DNA of 63,962 bases, filler included, from an uncultured bacterium (GTDB taxonomy: Bacteria > CAZDME01 > JAYEMH01), in the NCBI GenBank assembly GCA_964506785.1. It is 3 parts of 3 records of this genome, joined end to end, with 100 filler letters (N's around TTAATTAATTAA, not from the genome) between each part and the next. Parts side by side here need not be neighbours in the genome. Positions count along the whole stretch, not along the records: positions 31,571 to 60,248 come from CAZDME010000012.1; 2 more parts are not named here. One strand, 5' to 3'. Position 1 is the stretch's first letter, and every line of letters starts with the position of its first letter. The translations under genes were made by a program, and so were the position numbers. Shown here in pieces: positions 47,881 through 57,949 of the stretch. The notes under the pieces were generated by a model. It saw only the letters and a list, made by a program, of their open reading frames with translations, was not told where the DNA came from and did no database searches.

Positions 47881-49707
47881 TTATTCTTTAAATTGCATAT
47901 CGTATAGACGGCGGTACAAAGGATTAGTCTCTATCAACTTTTCGTGCCTTCCTATCCCAACGATTCGGCCTTTAAACATAACGACAATTTTATCGGCCCG
48001 TCTAACGGTAGCCAGACGGTGAGCGATTAAAAAGGTAGTTTTTCCCCCCATGAGGTTGTTCAAGGCATCTTGCACCAAGCGTTCCGATTCTGAATCCAGG
48101 GCACTGGTAGCTTCATCCAAAATTAAAATAGGAGGGTTTTTAAGAATAGCCCGGGCAATAGCTATGCGCTGCTGTTCCCCTCCGGAAAGTTTCATACCCC
48201 TGTCCCCAATCATGGTATTGTACTGTTGGGGAAACTTCATAATAAATTCATGGGCATGTGCTGCTTTTGCCGCATTTATGATTTCGTCAAAATTTGCATC
48301 GAGTTTTCCGTAAGCGATATTATTTCTGATTGTATCGTTAAATAAAATCATTTCCTGGCTGACAATCCCCATAAGATGCCGTAAAGATTTAATTTTTACA
48401 TCTTTAATATTTAAACCGTCAATTTCCACCTTGCCTTCTTGAGGGTCATAAAATCGAGGCAGTAAATTGAGTAAAGTGGTTTTGCCTACACCGCTAGGTC
48501 CTATCAGAGCAACAATTTCACCAATCTTGACATCCAAGGTGATATCCTGGAGGATTACTTCCTCCGGGTGATAATAAAAGGAAATGTTTTTAAAAGCTAT
48601 TGTTTGCCTCGGCTCATAAATTTCTCTTGAGCCCATTTTTTCTTCAATGGTAGATTTAACATCAAGCATTTCAAAAATCCTTGCCCCGGCAGCAATCCCT
48701 TGTTGAACGGTATTATTTGTCTGGCTTAATTTTTTGAACGGTTTTATTAAAGAAAGAAGTGCCGCCAGGAAGAGGATAAAGGTTCCTGGAGATAAAATCC
48801 CTTTTATGACTTCATTTACCCCATACCATAAAACAAAAATTGCCCCAATCGAACCGACAAATTCTGTCAGGGGGGACAACCCTACCACCCGCTTTAAAGT
48901 TTTTATCCTTAATTTGAATAACCTTTCGCTTTCCTGATTAAATTTCCGCGTTTCATAATCTTCCATAGAAAAAGAACGGACAATACGGATCCCAGAAATT
49001 GTTTCTTGAAGAAAAGAAGTGACGTCGGCAATCTTTTCTTGAAACCGCGAAGTAATCTTGCGAAGCCGCTGGCCGATATGAACAATGGGATAAACCACTA
49101 AAGGCAGAATGATTAAAGAAGCCAAGGCTAATTCCCAATGGATAAAAAAGATGATACTGGCATACACGGCTACTTGAGATACTCCAAAGAGAAAGTCACA
49201 TAGCTGTTCGCCTAAAGCTGTTTTTACTGGCTGGACATCATTAGTAACCCGCGAAATAATCTGGCCGGTTCGTCTTTTGCTAAAAAACTCTAACGATAAA
49301 GTTTGAATATGGGCATAAAGTTGATTGCGCAAGTCAGCAATCACCCGCTCTCCAATATAGCCGGAAAGATAAGCCTTGCCAAAATCAAATATGGCTTTAA
49401 GGGCGAAAACTATCAGCGCAAAAATTAAGATTATCTTTAAAAGCTCGTTTGGTGGCGTAGATTGGAAAAAATCCATAATTTTCAACCGAGCATTTTCCAA
49501 AGCCACCAAGGGTAATTGGCATTTCTCTGCTTGAGAAAAAGCTAAAATTTTACTTTCCCTCTGGCTCAGAATATTATCCACCAGAGGAACAAGAAAACCA
49601 AGTTGCGCTCCGCTTAAAAGGGTGCTGCTTAAAATGCAAACAACGGCTAAAGCCAGCCTGCCTTTATATGGCTTGAGGTATTTTAGAAGGCGAAAATAGG
49701 TAGACAT
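47881..49707 (-). CDS. msbA: Lipid A flippase MsbA-like ABC transporter
   Basis: TM domain plus GPSGVGKTT, LSGGEQQR, ILDEATSALD; located in the lpx cluster. Confidence 0.9.
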   Translation of the reverse strand: MSTYFRLLKYLKPYKGRLALAVVCILSSTLLSGAQLGFLVPLVDNILSQRESKILAFSQAEKCQLPLVALENARLKIMDFFQSTPPNELLKIILIFALIVFALKAIFDFGKAYLSGYIGERVIADLRNQLYAHIQTLSLEFFSKRRTGQIISRVTNDVQPVKTALGEQLCDFLFGVSQVAVYASIIFFIHWELALASLIILPLVVYPIVHIGQRLRKITSRFQEKIADVTSFLQETISGIRIVRSFSMEDYETRKFNQESERLFKLRIKTLKRVVGLSPLTEFVGSIGAIFVLWYGVNEVIKGILSPGTFILFLAALLSLIKPFKKLSQTNNTVQQGIAAGARIFEMLDVKSTIEEKMGSREIYEPRQTIAFKNISFYYHPEEVILQDITLDVKIGEIVALIGPSGVGKTTLLNLLPRFYDPQEGKVEIDGLNIKDVKIKSLRHLMGIVSQEMILFNDTIRNNIAYGKLDANFDEIINAAKAAHAHEFIMKFPQQYNTMIGDRGMKLSGGEQQRIAIARAILKNPPILILDEATSALDSESERLVQDALNNLMGGKTTFLIAHRLATVRRADKIVVMFKGRIVGIGRHEKLIETNPLYRRLYDMQFKE

Positions 49708-49800
49708 AATTCATTCCGTAAGTATTTTTACGCATAAACATCTGAGATTACACAACTGATATTCAAACCCGGCCGCTTCAGCAATCCACGTCTTTTGTTC

Positions 49801-49890
49801 TATGTGTTATGTGTAGAGTGTCATGCAGGACTATAAATTTAATTTTCCGGTTTTTCACTACACATCACACACTTACCATTACACAATTAC
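49801..49890. repeat. 7-nt-period inverted repeat between lpxB and msbA
   Basis: TATGTGT TATGTGT AGAGTGT ... CTACACA TCACACA CTTACCA TTACACA. Confidence 0.6.
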
Positions 49891-51050
49891 GGCGAAGGAT
49901 GATTTCCCTTTTCTATCGTTTTCAAAACAGCTCTGGCCGCCTGCCGAGAAGCGCCGGGCTCTCCTAAGCTCTGACGGACTAAATGTAAATTATTAATCAT
50001 ATCGCTGCGTTTTTCTTCATCCCTCAATAAACTTAAACACTCTCGAGCTATCTTGCCCGGATTAGCCTGGAATTGTAGATATTCAGGAACAATTTTTTCT
50101 TTAGCAATTAAATTAACTAAACCCACAAAAGGCACTTTAATTAAAGGGCGGACCAAAAGCCAGGTTAAAAAGGAAATTTTATAAATAATAACCATCGGAC
50201 AGGAATATCTGGCCGCTTCTAATGTTGCCGTTCCCGAGGCTACCAGGATAAGATCAGCCGCCTGCATAATCTCTGTGGCTTCGCCAGAAAATATTCTCAC
50301 TATAACCTTTTTTTGGGAAATTATCCTATCGGCAAAAATATTGCCTGCAAGGGAAGGATGCATTGGAAAAACAAATTCCGCTTCGGAAATTTCCTTGCCA
50401 ACAATTTTGGCTACTTCAAGCATAATAGGCAGATGTTTTTTTATTTCACTTTCGCGGCTCCCGGGAAGAAGACCAATAAGAACCTTATCTTTGGAAATCC
50501 CTAAGTTATCCTTCAGCACCTCCTTATCCCCATGGGGAATGGCTATATCCAAAAGAGGATTCCCGACAAACTCGACCGGGATTTCCAACTTTTGATAAAA
50601 TTCTTCCTCAAAAGGGAAAATAACCAGCATCTTTTCAATATAGCGGCTGATGGTTTTAACCCGGCCCCGCCGCCAGGCCCAAACCTGAGGGCTGATGTAA
50701 TAAATTACCGGAATATTCAAGCGCTTCATTTCTTTTGCCAGGCGTAAATTAAATTCAGGAAAATCAATAAGAACAATTGCCTTTGGCCTTATCTTCTTTA
50801 TAATGTCGATTAACTTTTTAAAAACTTTTCGCAGCCGCACTATATTTTTAAAAACTTCGCTTATTCCAATCCCGGCTAACTCAATTATATTAAAATAGAG
50901 TTCTACACCGGCTTCGGCCATTTTATCTCCACCCACCCCGCAAATAACCAAATCTAAATTCAACTGATACAACTCCTTGGCCAAATTTGCTCCGTGTAAA
51001 TCTCCGGACGGCTCTCCGGCAACAATTAGTATATCTTTTTTACTCTCCAT
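49887..51050 (-). CDS. lpxB: Lipid A disaccharide synthase
   Basis: AGEPSGDLHG, IDFPEFN, YISPQVWAWR, LLPGSRESE, SGTATLE. Confidence 0.97.
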   Translation of the reverse strand: MESKKDILIVAGEPSGDLHGANLAKELYQLNLDLVICGVGGDKMAEAGVELYFNIIELAGIGISEVFKNIVRLRKVFKKLIDIIKKIRPKAIVLIDFPEFNLRLAKEMKRLNIPVIYYISPQVWAWRRGRVKTISRYIEKMLVIFPFEEEFYQKLEIPVEFVGNPLLDIAIPHGDKEVLKDNLGISKDKVLIGLLPGSRESEIKKHLPIMLEVAKIVGKEISEAEFVFPMHPSLAGNIFADRIISQKKVIVRIFSGEATEIMQAADLILVASGTATLEAARYSCPMVIIYKISFLTWLLVRPLIKVPFVGLVNLIAKEKIVPEYLQFQANPGKIARECLSLLRDEEKRSDMINNLHLVRQSLGEPGASRQAARAVLKTIEKGNHPSP

Positions 51051-51055
51051 AACTT

Positions 51056-51979
51056 TTAAATAGACCTTTTCATAATCCGGTTAATCTTTAAAGCCACCTC
51101 TAAGGAACGTTTAGCATCCTCTCCGGAAACAAGGGGTATTTTTCCCCTTCTTACACAATAGAGAAAATGTTCTAATTCCAACCTTAATGATTCTTTCTGT
51201 TCTGGTTCAATTCTCTCCCGGACAATTCTTCCCCTTTTTTTCCGATAGGCAAAAATCTCCTTAGCCCAAAAATCCAAAGAAAAATAGGCATCTTCCTGAA
51301 AAATTCTAATTTTCCTTATGCGTTCAGGACTTACCCGGCTAACAGTAAGATTAGCTACACAGCCATCTTTAAAGGTAATTCGGGCATTAGCAATATCTTC
51401 ATAGGCAGAAAGGATAGGTACCCCGACAGCCTGAACTTTCTTGATTTGCGAAGGGACCAGATTTAAAACTATATCCAAATCATGAATCATCAAATCCAAA
51501 ATGACATTTATGTCAGTGCTGCGCTTTGGGAAAGGGCCGAGACGATGACCTTCGATAAAGCGGGGATGCTTTACCAATTTATTCAAGGCTTTAACCGCCA
51601 CATTAAAACGCTCAATATGGCCAATTTGAAAAACCAATTTTTTCTCCTTTACAATCGCCAAAAGTCTTTCCGCTTCGTTTATCTTCCTGGTAATTGGCTT
51701 TTCTAAAAGAACATGGACTCCTTTTATGAGAAAATCCCGGGCGACAGAAAAATGCTCTTCGGTGGGAACGGCAATAATGACTGCCTCCACGGCGGAAGTA
51801 ATTAAATCTTTATACTTTCTAAAAACGCGGACTTGATATTTTTTTTCCATTTTTTTGAGCCGGGCTTTATCTGTATCGACAATACCAACTAAGTAAACAC
51901 CGGACAGCTCACTTAAAATCCGCAGGTGATGCTCACCTAAATGGCCGACGCCAACTACGCCAATTCTTATTTTTTTCAT
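51056..51979 (-). CDS. gnnA: Gfo/Idh/MocA oxidoreductase, probable UDP-GlcNAc 3-dehydrogenase (GnnA-like)
   Basis: GVGHLG..H, EKP, GHIERFN, DLMIHDLD, DIANARI; between lpxA/lpxI and lpxB. Confidence 0.75.
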   Translation of the reverse strand: MKKIRIGVVGVGHLGEHHLRILSELSGVYLVGIVDTDKARLKKMEKKYQVRVFRKYKDLITSAVEAVIIAVPTEEHFSVARDFLIKGVHVLLEKPITRKINEAERLLAIVKEKKLVFQIGHIERFNVAVKALNKLVKHPRFIEGHRLGPFPKRSTDINVILDLMIHDLDIVLNLVPSQIKKVQAVGVPILSAYEDIANARITFKDGCVANLTVSRVSPERIRKIRIFQEDAYFSLDFWAKEIFAYRKKRGRIVRERIEPEQKESLRLELEHFLYCVRRGKIPLVSGEDAKRSLEVALKINRIMKRSI

Positions 51980-51993
51980 ATTACTTTCCTTAT

Positions 51994-53097
51994 CTAAGCC
52001 CGAAAATTAAGCACTGCTTCAATAATTGTCTTCAAATCCCCTTGGTTCAAACCCGGATGAACCGGCAAAGAAACAACCTCGCGGCTAATTCTTTCAACAT
52101 TAGGTAAAAATAATTCCCCATACCCTTCCCTTCTATATAACGGCTGTTGGTAGATGGGGTAAGGATAAAAAACCCCCGCTTCTATCTTTCGTCCTTTTAA
52201 GTGCTTTATAAAATAGTCCCTTCTTACCCCTTTTTTTAAACGAATGGTATATTGGTGGAAAACATGTTTATGCCCTTCGGGCACCCGGGGGGGGATAAGC
52301 CAATCGATTTTTTGGAAGGCCCGGCTAAGCACCCCGGCATTCCTGATTCTTTTTTTATTAAACTCCTTTATTTTTTTTAATTGGCAAAGCCCTAAAGCAG
52401 CGGCAAGATTGGTCAGCCGATAGTTATAACCGAGCTGGGGATGAACATTCTTCTGCATAGAACCGTGGTTAATAAAGAGAGAAAACCTGTCTTTCAAATG
52501 CTTATTGTTACAGACAACCATTCCCCCTTCGCCAGAAGTAATATTTTTCGTCGCATAAAAGCTAAAGGTGCTTGCTTTCCCGAACGTCCCAACCTTTCTT
52601 CCAGAAAACTCTGCTCCAACAGCCTGGGCACAATCCTCAATTAAAGTTAGATTAAAACGATTGACAATTTTTTTGATCCCAGCCATATCGCAGGGCAGGC
52701 CGAAAAGATGGACTAATAATAAAGTCTTAATTTTCCTGTTTTTCTTTATTTTCTCCTCTATACCTTCCGGAGATAAATTAAAAGTCAAAGGGTCTATGTC
52801 GGCAAAAACGGGAATTGCCCCCTGATAAAGAATCGCATTAGAAGTAGCAATGAAACTAAAAGGAGTGGTTAAAACATAACTCCCTTTATTTACCCCGGCT
52901 GCCTTTAAAGCCACATCTAAAGCAGTTGTCCCTGAAGAGGTAGCAACGCTAAATTTTACGCCAAGGTAGCTGGAAAACTTCTCTTCAAATCTTTTTACAT
53001 AACTGCCTGATGATAAATATCCCGACTTAAGCACTTTAAGCATCTCTTTTTCTTCAGCTTTACCAATTATTGGTTTTGAAAGTCGAATCATCCTCAA
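51994..53097 (-). CDS. gnnB: DegT/DnrJ PLP aminotransferase, probable GnnB-like
   Basis: SSGTTAL, EDCAQA, SFYATKNITSGEGG, GYNYR, SLPVHP; adjacent to the gnnA-like gene. Confidence 0.68.
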   Translation of the reverse strand: MRMIRLSKPIIGKAEEKEMLKVLKSGYLSSGSYVKRFEEKFSSYLGVKFSVATSSGTTALDVALKAAGVNKGSYVLTTPFSFIATSNAILYQGAIPVFADIDPLTFNLSPEGIEEKIKKNRKIKTLLLVHLFGLPCDMAGIKKIVNRFNLTLIEDCAQAVGAEFSGRKVGTFGKASTFSFYATKNITSGEGGMVVCNNKHLKDRFSLFINHGSMQKNVHPQLGYNYRLTNLAAALGLCQLKKIKEFNKKRIRNAGVLSRAFQKIDWLIPPRVPEGHKHVFHQYTIRLKKGVRRDYFIKHLKGRKIEAGVFYPYPIYQQPLYRREGYGELFLPNVERISREVVSLPVHPGLNQGDLKTIIEAVLNFRA

Positions 53098-53166
53098 ACC
53101 TCAGAAATCAAAGGCCGGACGGGAAAAGACAGATAAGGCAGTTTTATCTGCTTTCTGTTTTCTTTA

Positions 53167-53973
53167 TTAAAAAACAACAATACAAATCCCCCAGTTATCG
53201 GCTAATTTAACAATTTTTTCTTTTTCTAAAACCAGGGTCTTTTTTTCTTCTATGGCTAAGATTTTAACCTTGAGCTGATGAAGTAACTCTATTGTTCTGA
53301 TTCCGATTACCGGAAGATCGAAACGCATATCCTGATTGGGCTTGCTCACTTTTACCACCACAACCCCCTCTTTGCCAAAGCGAACGGCCCGCTTAACAGC
53401 CTCATCGGTCCCTTCAATCGCTTCTATCGCCAGGACTGTTTTGTCCTTTACTATCACCGTCTGGCCAATATCTAATCCAGCTATCTCTTTAGCAATCTTT
53501 TTGCCAAATTCAATATCCTCCCATTCCTTAGAGGTCGGCTCCCTTCGAGTTAAAATCCCCCTCTCAGTAAGAAAGTCATTCAAATATGTGGCTGAACTAA
53601 TCAGGGTAATGTTTCTCTGCGCCAGTTTTTCTGCTACCTTACCCAATAAAGTATCCGTGGTTTTATTTTCTACTTCCTTTAAAAGTTTCTGGGCTTCCTT
53701 ATCCATTTTAATTTTAGAAAAAAGCAGGGATAAATTAACCTGTCCGGCCATAACTACCCGCTTCAATCCTGCCTTTACCAGGATATCGATTAGTTTCTGT
53801 AATTCACCGACGCTAATCCAATGGATTTCATCGACATACCGGGAAAGTTCCTTTGAAGTTTCCTCTTTAAAAGCGATGGCGATAACTCCTTTTTTCTTTC
53901 TTTTCGCCTCTTGAGCGAAAAAAAGAGGAAATTTCCCATTCCCGGCAATTAAGCCGATTTTTTCCATCTTCAT
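53167..53973 (-). CDS. lpxI: UDP-2,3-diacylglucosamine pyrophosphatase
   Basis: GLIAGNGKFP, DIGQTV, AIEAIEGTD, KPNQDMRFDLPVIG. Confidence 0.95.
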   Translation of the reverse strand: MKMEKIGLIAGNGKFPLFFAQEAKRKKKGVIAIAFKEETSKELSRYVDEIHWISVGELQKLIDILVKAGLKRVVMAGQVNLSLLFSKIKMDKEAQKLLKEVENKTTDTLLGKVAEKLAQRNITLISSATYLNDFLTERGILTRREPTSKEWEDIEFGKKIAKEIAGLDIGQTVIVKDKTVLAIEAIEGTDEAVKRAVRFGKEGVVVVKVSKPNQDMRFDLPVIGIRTIELLHQLKVKILAIEEKKTLVLEKEKIVKLADNWGICIVVF

Positions 53974-54092
53974 ATTTCCTTATAAACAAAACAAGAGCTG
54001 CATCAGGCAGTCTCTCAAAATAACGAATACAAATCCAAAATTATAGGCAATAAACCTTAAATAAATCCCAAGCTAAATTATCGTTAGTATTT

Positions 54093-54866
54093 CTACTTAC
54101 AAATACCCCTTTCGGAATTCTTAATAAAATTGACCAAATGCAGGCACTCTTCTGAATTATTAAACTCTTGGTCAATCCTGGCCAAGGCTTGAGAGGTATT
54201 AAAATTAGAACGGAAAAGAACCTTAAATATTCTTTTTAAAGTATCGATTTTCTCTTGAGAAAAACCATTACGGATTAATCCGACATAATTAACCCCATAA
54301 ATCTGTGTCGGGTGGCCGTCGGCTCTGGCAAAAGGGACAATATCTTTAACTACCTTGGAACAGCCGCCGGTAATAGAAAGTTTCCCGATATTTACAAATT
54401 GATGGACGGCGCTTACCCCTCCGATAATCGCTTTATCGGCCACCTTAACGTGCCCGGCTAAAGTCACCTCATTAGCTAAAATCGCCCCGTTGTTTACCCG
54501 GCAGTTATGAGCCACGTGGGCGTAAGCCATAATCAAATTATTATTCCCGATAAAGGTAGTATTCCCTTCGCCAGTAGCACTATTTACGGTAACATATTCC
54601 CGGATCATATTATTGTTGCCTATCTCGACAAAACTCTTTTCGCCTTTATATTTTAAATCTTGCGATTGAGAACCAATAACTGCTCCAGTAAAAATTCGAC
54701 ACTTCTCTCCGATGCTGGTAAAACCTTCGATAACCACGTGTGAACCGATTTTGGTCCCCCGCCCGATTTTAACCTGGCCATCAATCACCGCATAGGGCCC
54801 TATTTCTATACCATCGGCTAATTCTACCTTTGGGCCGACAATTGCCGTAGGATGAATTTTCATCAT
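54093..54866 (-). CDS. lpxA: UDP-GlcNAc(3N) acyltransferase
   Basis: IHPTAIV hexapeptide repeats, QDLKYKGE, HVAHNC, LAGHV, HQF. Confidence 0.97.
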   Translation of the reverse strand: MMKIHPTAIVGPKVELADGIEIGPYAVIDGQVKIGRGTKIGSHVVIEGFTSIGEKCRIFTGAVIGSQSQDLKYKGEKSFVEIGNNNMIREYVTVNSATGEGNTTFIGNNNLIMAYAHVAHNCRVNNGAILANEVTLAGHVKVADKAIIGGVSAVHQFVNIGKLSITGGCSKVVKDIVPFARADGHPTQIYGVNYVGLIRNGFSQEKIDTLKRIFKVLFRSNFNTSQALARIDQEFNNSEECLHLVNFIKNSERGICK

Positions 54867-54884
54867 AAATTAACCCGCTTATAA

Positions 54885-55012
54885 TCCGTTAGAAATAACC
54901 CGGTTTTGCTACCAAAGCGCTGACCGTCTATTTCACTTATCATCCCCTTTGGCAAACTAAGGAATAAATCGGCAAAAATACGGGATGAAACCAGTGAGGA
55001 TTTCTGCCAGGA
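54885..55012. mobile_element. Degenerate MITE-like copy (~128 bp)
   Basis: TCCGTTAGAAAT at one end and degenerate ATTTCTGCCAGGA at the other, abutting the lpxC-fabZ stop. Confidence 0.4.
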
Positions 55013-55013
55013 C

Positions 55014-56324
55014 TTATTCCTCAACTAATGAAAACATTAACTCGGCTTCGGCAACAACTTTGCCATCAACAGAAGCCTTGGCCCCGACTTTCCCCGTTTT
55101 GGCTTTAAGTTTTATAACCTTAACTTCGACTAAAAGTTGATCGCCTGGTTTTACTGGCTTTCTAAATTTAACATTGTCAATACCCATGAAATAAGCCAGT
55201 TTCTTCCTATTTTCAGGTTTGCTCAACATCAAAGTTCCCGCTACCTGAGCCATAGACTCTATCACCAGAACCCCAGGCATAACTGGATGTTCGGGGAAAT
55301 GCCCGGCAAAGAAATATTCGTTCCCGGTAACATTCTTTAAACCGACGGCCCTTTTATCCTCCACTAATTCTAAAATTTTATCAACTAAAAGAAAAGGATA
55401 GCGATGAGGAAGAATTTTCTGAATATCCCCGATATCTAAAGGAGGAGAAGTAGAAATATCGGATGTTGCCCGGCTAATTGAACCTTCTTTAGTTCTATCA
55501 ACCAGCTTTTTCATCTTTTTGACCAGTTTTACATTCAGAGCATGTCCGGATTTAAGCGCCATAACCGAACCTTTAAGGGGTGCCCCAAGCAAGAAGAGAT
55601 CACCCATTAAATCCAGAATTTTATGACGAACAAATTCGTCTTTAAAACGCAGATCTTCTTTTAAAATATTCTTTTCGCCAATAACCACCGCATTATCTAA
55701 ACTCCCCCCTTTAATAAGGCCCTGTCGCTGGAGAGATTCTACCTCGTGAAGAAAACAAAATGTCCGCGCCGAGGCAATCTGACGCAAAAAAGTATCTTCG
55801 TTAATATTGAAAGAAGCAAATTGTGCCCCTAAAGCCGGATGGTTATAATCAATGGTAAAGTAAATCTTAAATTCGGAAGCAGGCATAACCACCAAAAGCG
55901 CCCCATTCTCCTCCGCCCAACAGGGTTCTTTAAAGGTATAATAACGCTTGGGTTCATTCTGTAATTCAAGGCCGGAATCACTCAAGGTTCTGACAAAGGG
56001 GAGAGCACTGCCGTCTCCTACCGGAGGTTCATTAGCATTAACCTCGATAATCAAATTATCAATACCTAAACCTCCTAAAGAAGCTAAGATATGCTCAACA
56101 GTATGAATCTTTACCTGGCCGCGGCCGATGGTTGTCCCTCGAGCAATATCAACCACCTGGGTAATATCAGCAATTATCTCCGGTTTATTAGTTAAATCCG
56201 TTCGGACAAACTTTACTCCCGTATTGACTGGCGCGGGAATAAAAGTAATCGTAGTTTCATTCCCGGTATGTAAACCTATTCCTGAATAGGCGATTTCCCT
56301 TTTGATTGTTCTTTGTGGTTCCAT
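55014..56324 (-). CDS. lpxC: Bifunctional LpxC/FabZ
   Basis: GIGLHTG, TVEHILA, HKILD zinc motifs fused to [22 protein letters not shown]. Confidence 0.96.
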   Translation of the reverse strand: MEPQRTIKREIAYSGIGLHTGNETTITFIPAPVNTGVKFVRTDLTNKPEIIADITQVVDIARGTTIGRGQVKIHTVEHILASLGGLGIDNLIIEVNANEPPVGDGSALPFVRTLSDSGLELQNEPKRYYTFKEPCWAEENGALLVVMPASEFKIYFTIDYNHPALGAQFASFNINEDTFLRQIASARTFCFLHEVESLQRQGLIKGGSLDNAVVIGEKNILKEDLRFKDEFVRHKILDLMGDLFLLGAPLKGSVMALKSGHALNVKLVKKMKKLVDRTKEGSISRATSDISTSPPLDIGDIQKILPHRYPFLLVDKILELVEDKRAVGLKNVTGNEYFFAGHFPEHPVMPGVLVIESMAQVAGTLMLSKPENRKKLAYFMGIDNVKFRKPVKPGDQLLVEVKVIKLKAKTGKVGAKASVDGKVVAEAELMFSLVEE

Positions 56325-57349
56325 TTCTTCTCCCAATCCTCCATCTTATTATCAAGCGTTTTTACCAACTTATATAATTTGGGTAAACGTTGAACCAAAG
56401 CTTTAATTTTCTTTTCCTGCTGATGTTCTTGAGCCGGGAAACCCGAGACACAGAGATTAGCCGGGATATCCTTGGTGGCCGCAGATTTAGCGGCAATCAC
56501 CGCATTATCGCCGATATGGATATGTCCGACCATTCCCGATTGTCCGGCTACAGTTACATTTTTGCCCAGGGTGGTGCTTCCGGAAATACCCGCTTGGGCA
56601 ACAATTATCGAATTCTCGCCAATTTCAACATTATGGGCAATTTGAACCAGGTTATCGATTTTCGTTCCTTTTTTAATATGAGTTTTTCCGATGGTCGCCC
56701 GGTCAACACAAACATTAGCTCCGATTTCCACATCATCTCCAATAATTACCGTTCCCAGTTGAGGTATTTTATGATGCACCCCTTTCATCGGAGCAAAACC
56801 AAATCCATCGCTTCCAATTACCGTTCCACTATGAATAATCACCCGGCTGCCAATGGTATTCTTCTCTTTGATAACCACATTCGGATAGATAATGGAATCT
56901 CGTCCAATCCTGGTATAAGTACCCACGTAAACATTAGAATAAAGGACGGTTTTATCGCCAATCTGGGCATAATCTTCCACTACGGTAAAAGCCTGGATAG
57001 ATACGTCTTTCCCCAATTTGACGTTTTTACCAATAGAAGCCTGGGGATGAATTCCGCGCGGCAAGGGAATATCACTAGAAACCAGCAGCTCCATCACTTT
57101 GGTAAAAGCAATATATGGATTTTCGGTAACAATAAGCGGTTTATCAGTAGACTTTTTTACCTGAGAGGAAACAATAATAGCCGAAGCCTGGGTAGTCTTC
57201 AAAAGGGAAAGATAACGGGAATTGGCTACAAAAGTAATTTCCCCTTTTTGAGCTTCCTTTATACCGGCAACACCTTTAATGGTAATTTTCTCATCGCCGA
57301 CTACTTCCCCTCCGACCAGGTCAGCAATTTCCTTTAATGTCTTTTTCAC
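56276..57349 (-). CDS. lpxD: UDP-3-O-acylglucosamine N-acyltransferase
   Basis: [30 protein letters not shown]. Confidence 0.97.
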   Translation of the reverse strand: MKKTLKEIADLVGGEVVGDEKITIKGVAGIKEAQKGEITFVANSRYLSLLKTTQASAIIVSSQVKKSTDKPLIVTENPYIAFTKVMELLVSSDIPLPRGIHPQASIGKNVKLGKDVSIQAFTVVEDYAQIGDKTVLYSNVYVGTYTRIGRDSIIYPNVVIKEKNTIGSRVIIHSGTVIGSDGFGFAPMKGVHHKIPQLGTVIIGDDVEIGANVCVDRATIGKTHIKKGTKIDNLVQIAHNVEIGENSIIVAQAGISGSTTLGKNVTVAGQSGMVGHIHIGDNAVIAAKSAATKDIPANLCVSGFPAQEHQQEKKIKALVQRLPKLYKLVKTLDNKMEDWEKKWNHKEQSKGKSPIQE

Positions 57350-57876
57350 TCCTTTACCTTTTTGTTAAGCTGATTTATTGCCTTATCAGTAATGTCATCG
57401 TGCCCCTGATTATAAAGGATAACCCCTTGGCTTTGAATGACCAGGCTGTAGCCTTCTTTCCGGGCAATATCCTGAACCACCTTATGGATTTCCTTAAAAA
57501 TCTCCTCTTGCATGCCTTGGTCCATATCTTTCAATTCCTGATTAGATTCTTTAACCATCTCCTGCAAGCCGGTTAATTTAGCGGCTAATTTCTTTTGTTC
57601 CTTTTCTTTTTCTTTTTCATCAAGCGTATCCTTTTTTTTATCCAGTTCCTCTCTCAGCTTCAGCGCTTCTTGCTTTGATTTATTTATCTCTTTTTGTTTC
57701 TGCTGGATTTTCGCTTGCATCTGATTAGAAAATCTTTCCCCTTTCTTATAAGAACGAAGGACCTTGGCTAAATCAAGCACGGCTATTTTATGATTGCTTT
57801 GGGCAAAACCATCAGCTAAAAAATAAAATAGACAACCGGCTATAAGCAACAGAATAAAAATTCTACCGTTTTTCAT
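57346..57876 (-). CDS. skp: OmpH/Skp periplasmic chaperone
   Basis: Signal peptide, KIAVLDL, long coiled coil, DITD; between bamA and lpxD. Confidence 0.9.
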   Translation of the reverse strand: MKNGRIFILLLIAGCLFYFLADGFAQSNHKIAVLDLAKVLRSYKKGERFSNQMQAKIQQKQKEINKSKQEALKLREELDKKKDTLDEKEKEKEQKKLAAKLTGLQEMVKESNQELKDMDQGMQEEIFKEIHKVVQDIARKEGYSLVIQSQGVILYNQGHDDITDKAINQLNKKVKE

Positions 57877-57949
57877 GTTTACTCCTTTACATTTGAATTT
57901 TTAATACAACCTTTGTCTGATTTATCCTGCCGCCCGGCAGGCGGGTATT

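Noticed and set aside
56390-57337. 315-aa ORF antisense to lpxD
   Set aside because: Shadow frame of a hexapeptide-repeat gene; no recognisable motif or RBS.
57926-57945. CCTGCC-GCCC-GGCAGG hairpin between bamA and skp
   Set aside because: Single short copy in this window with no U tract; cannot tell a REP-like unit from a stabilising stem.
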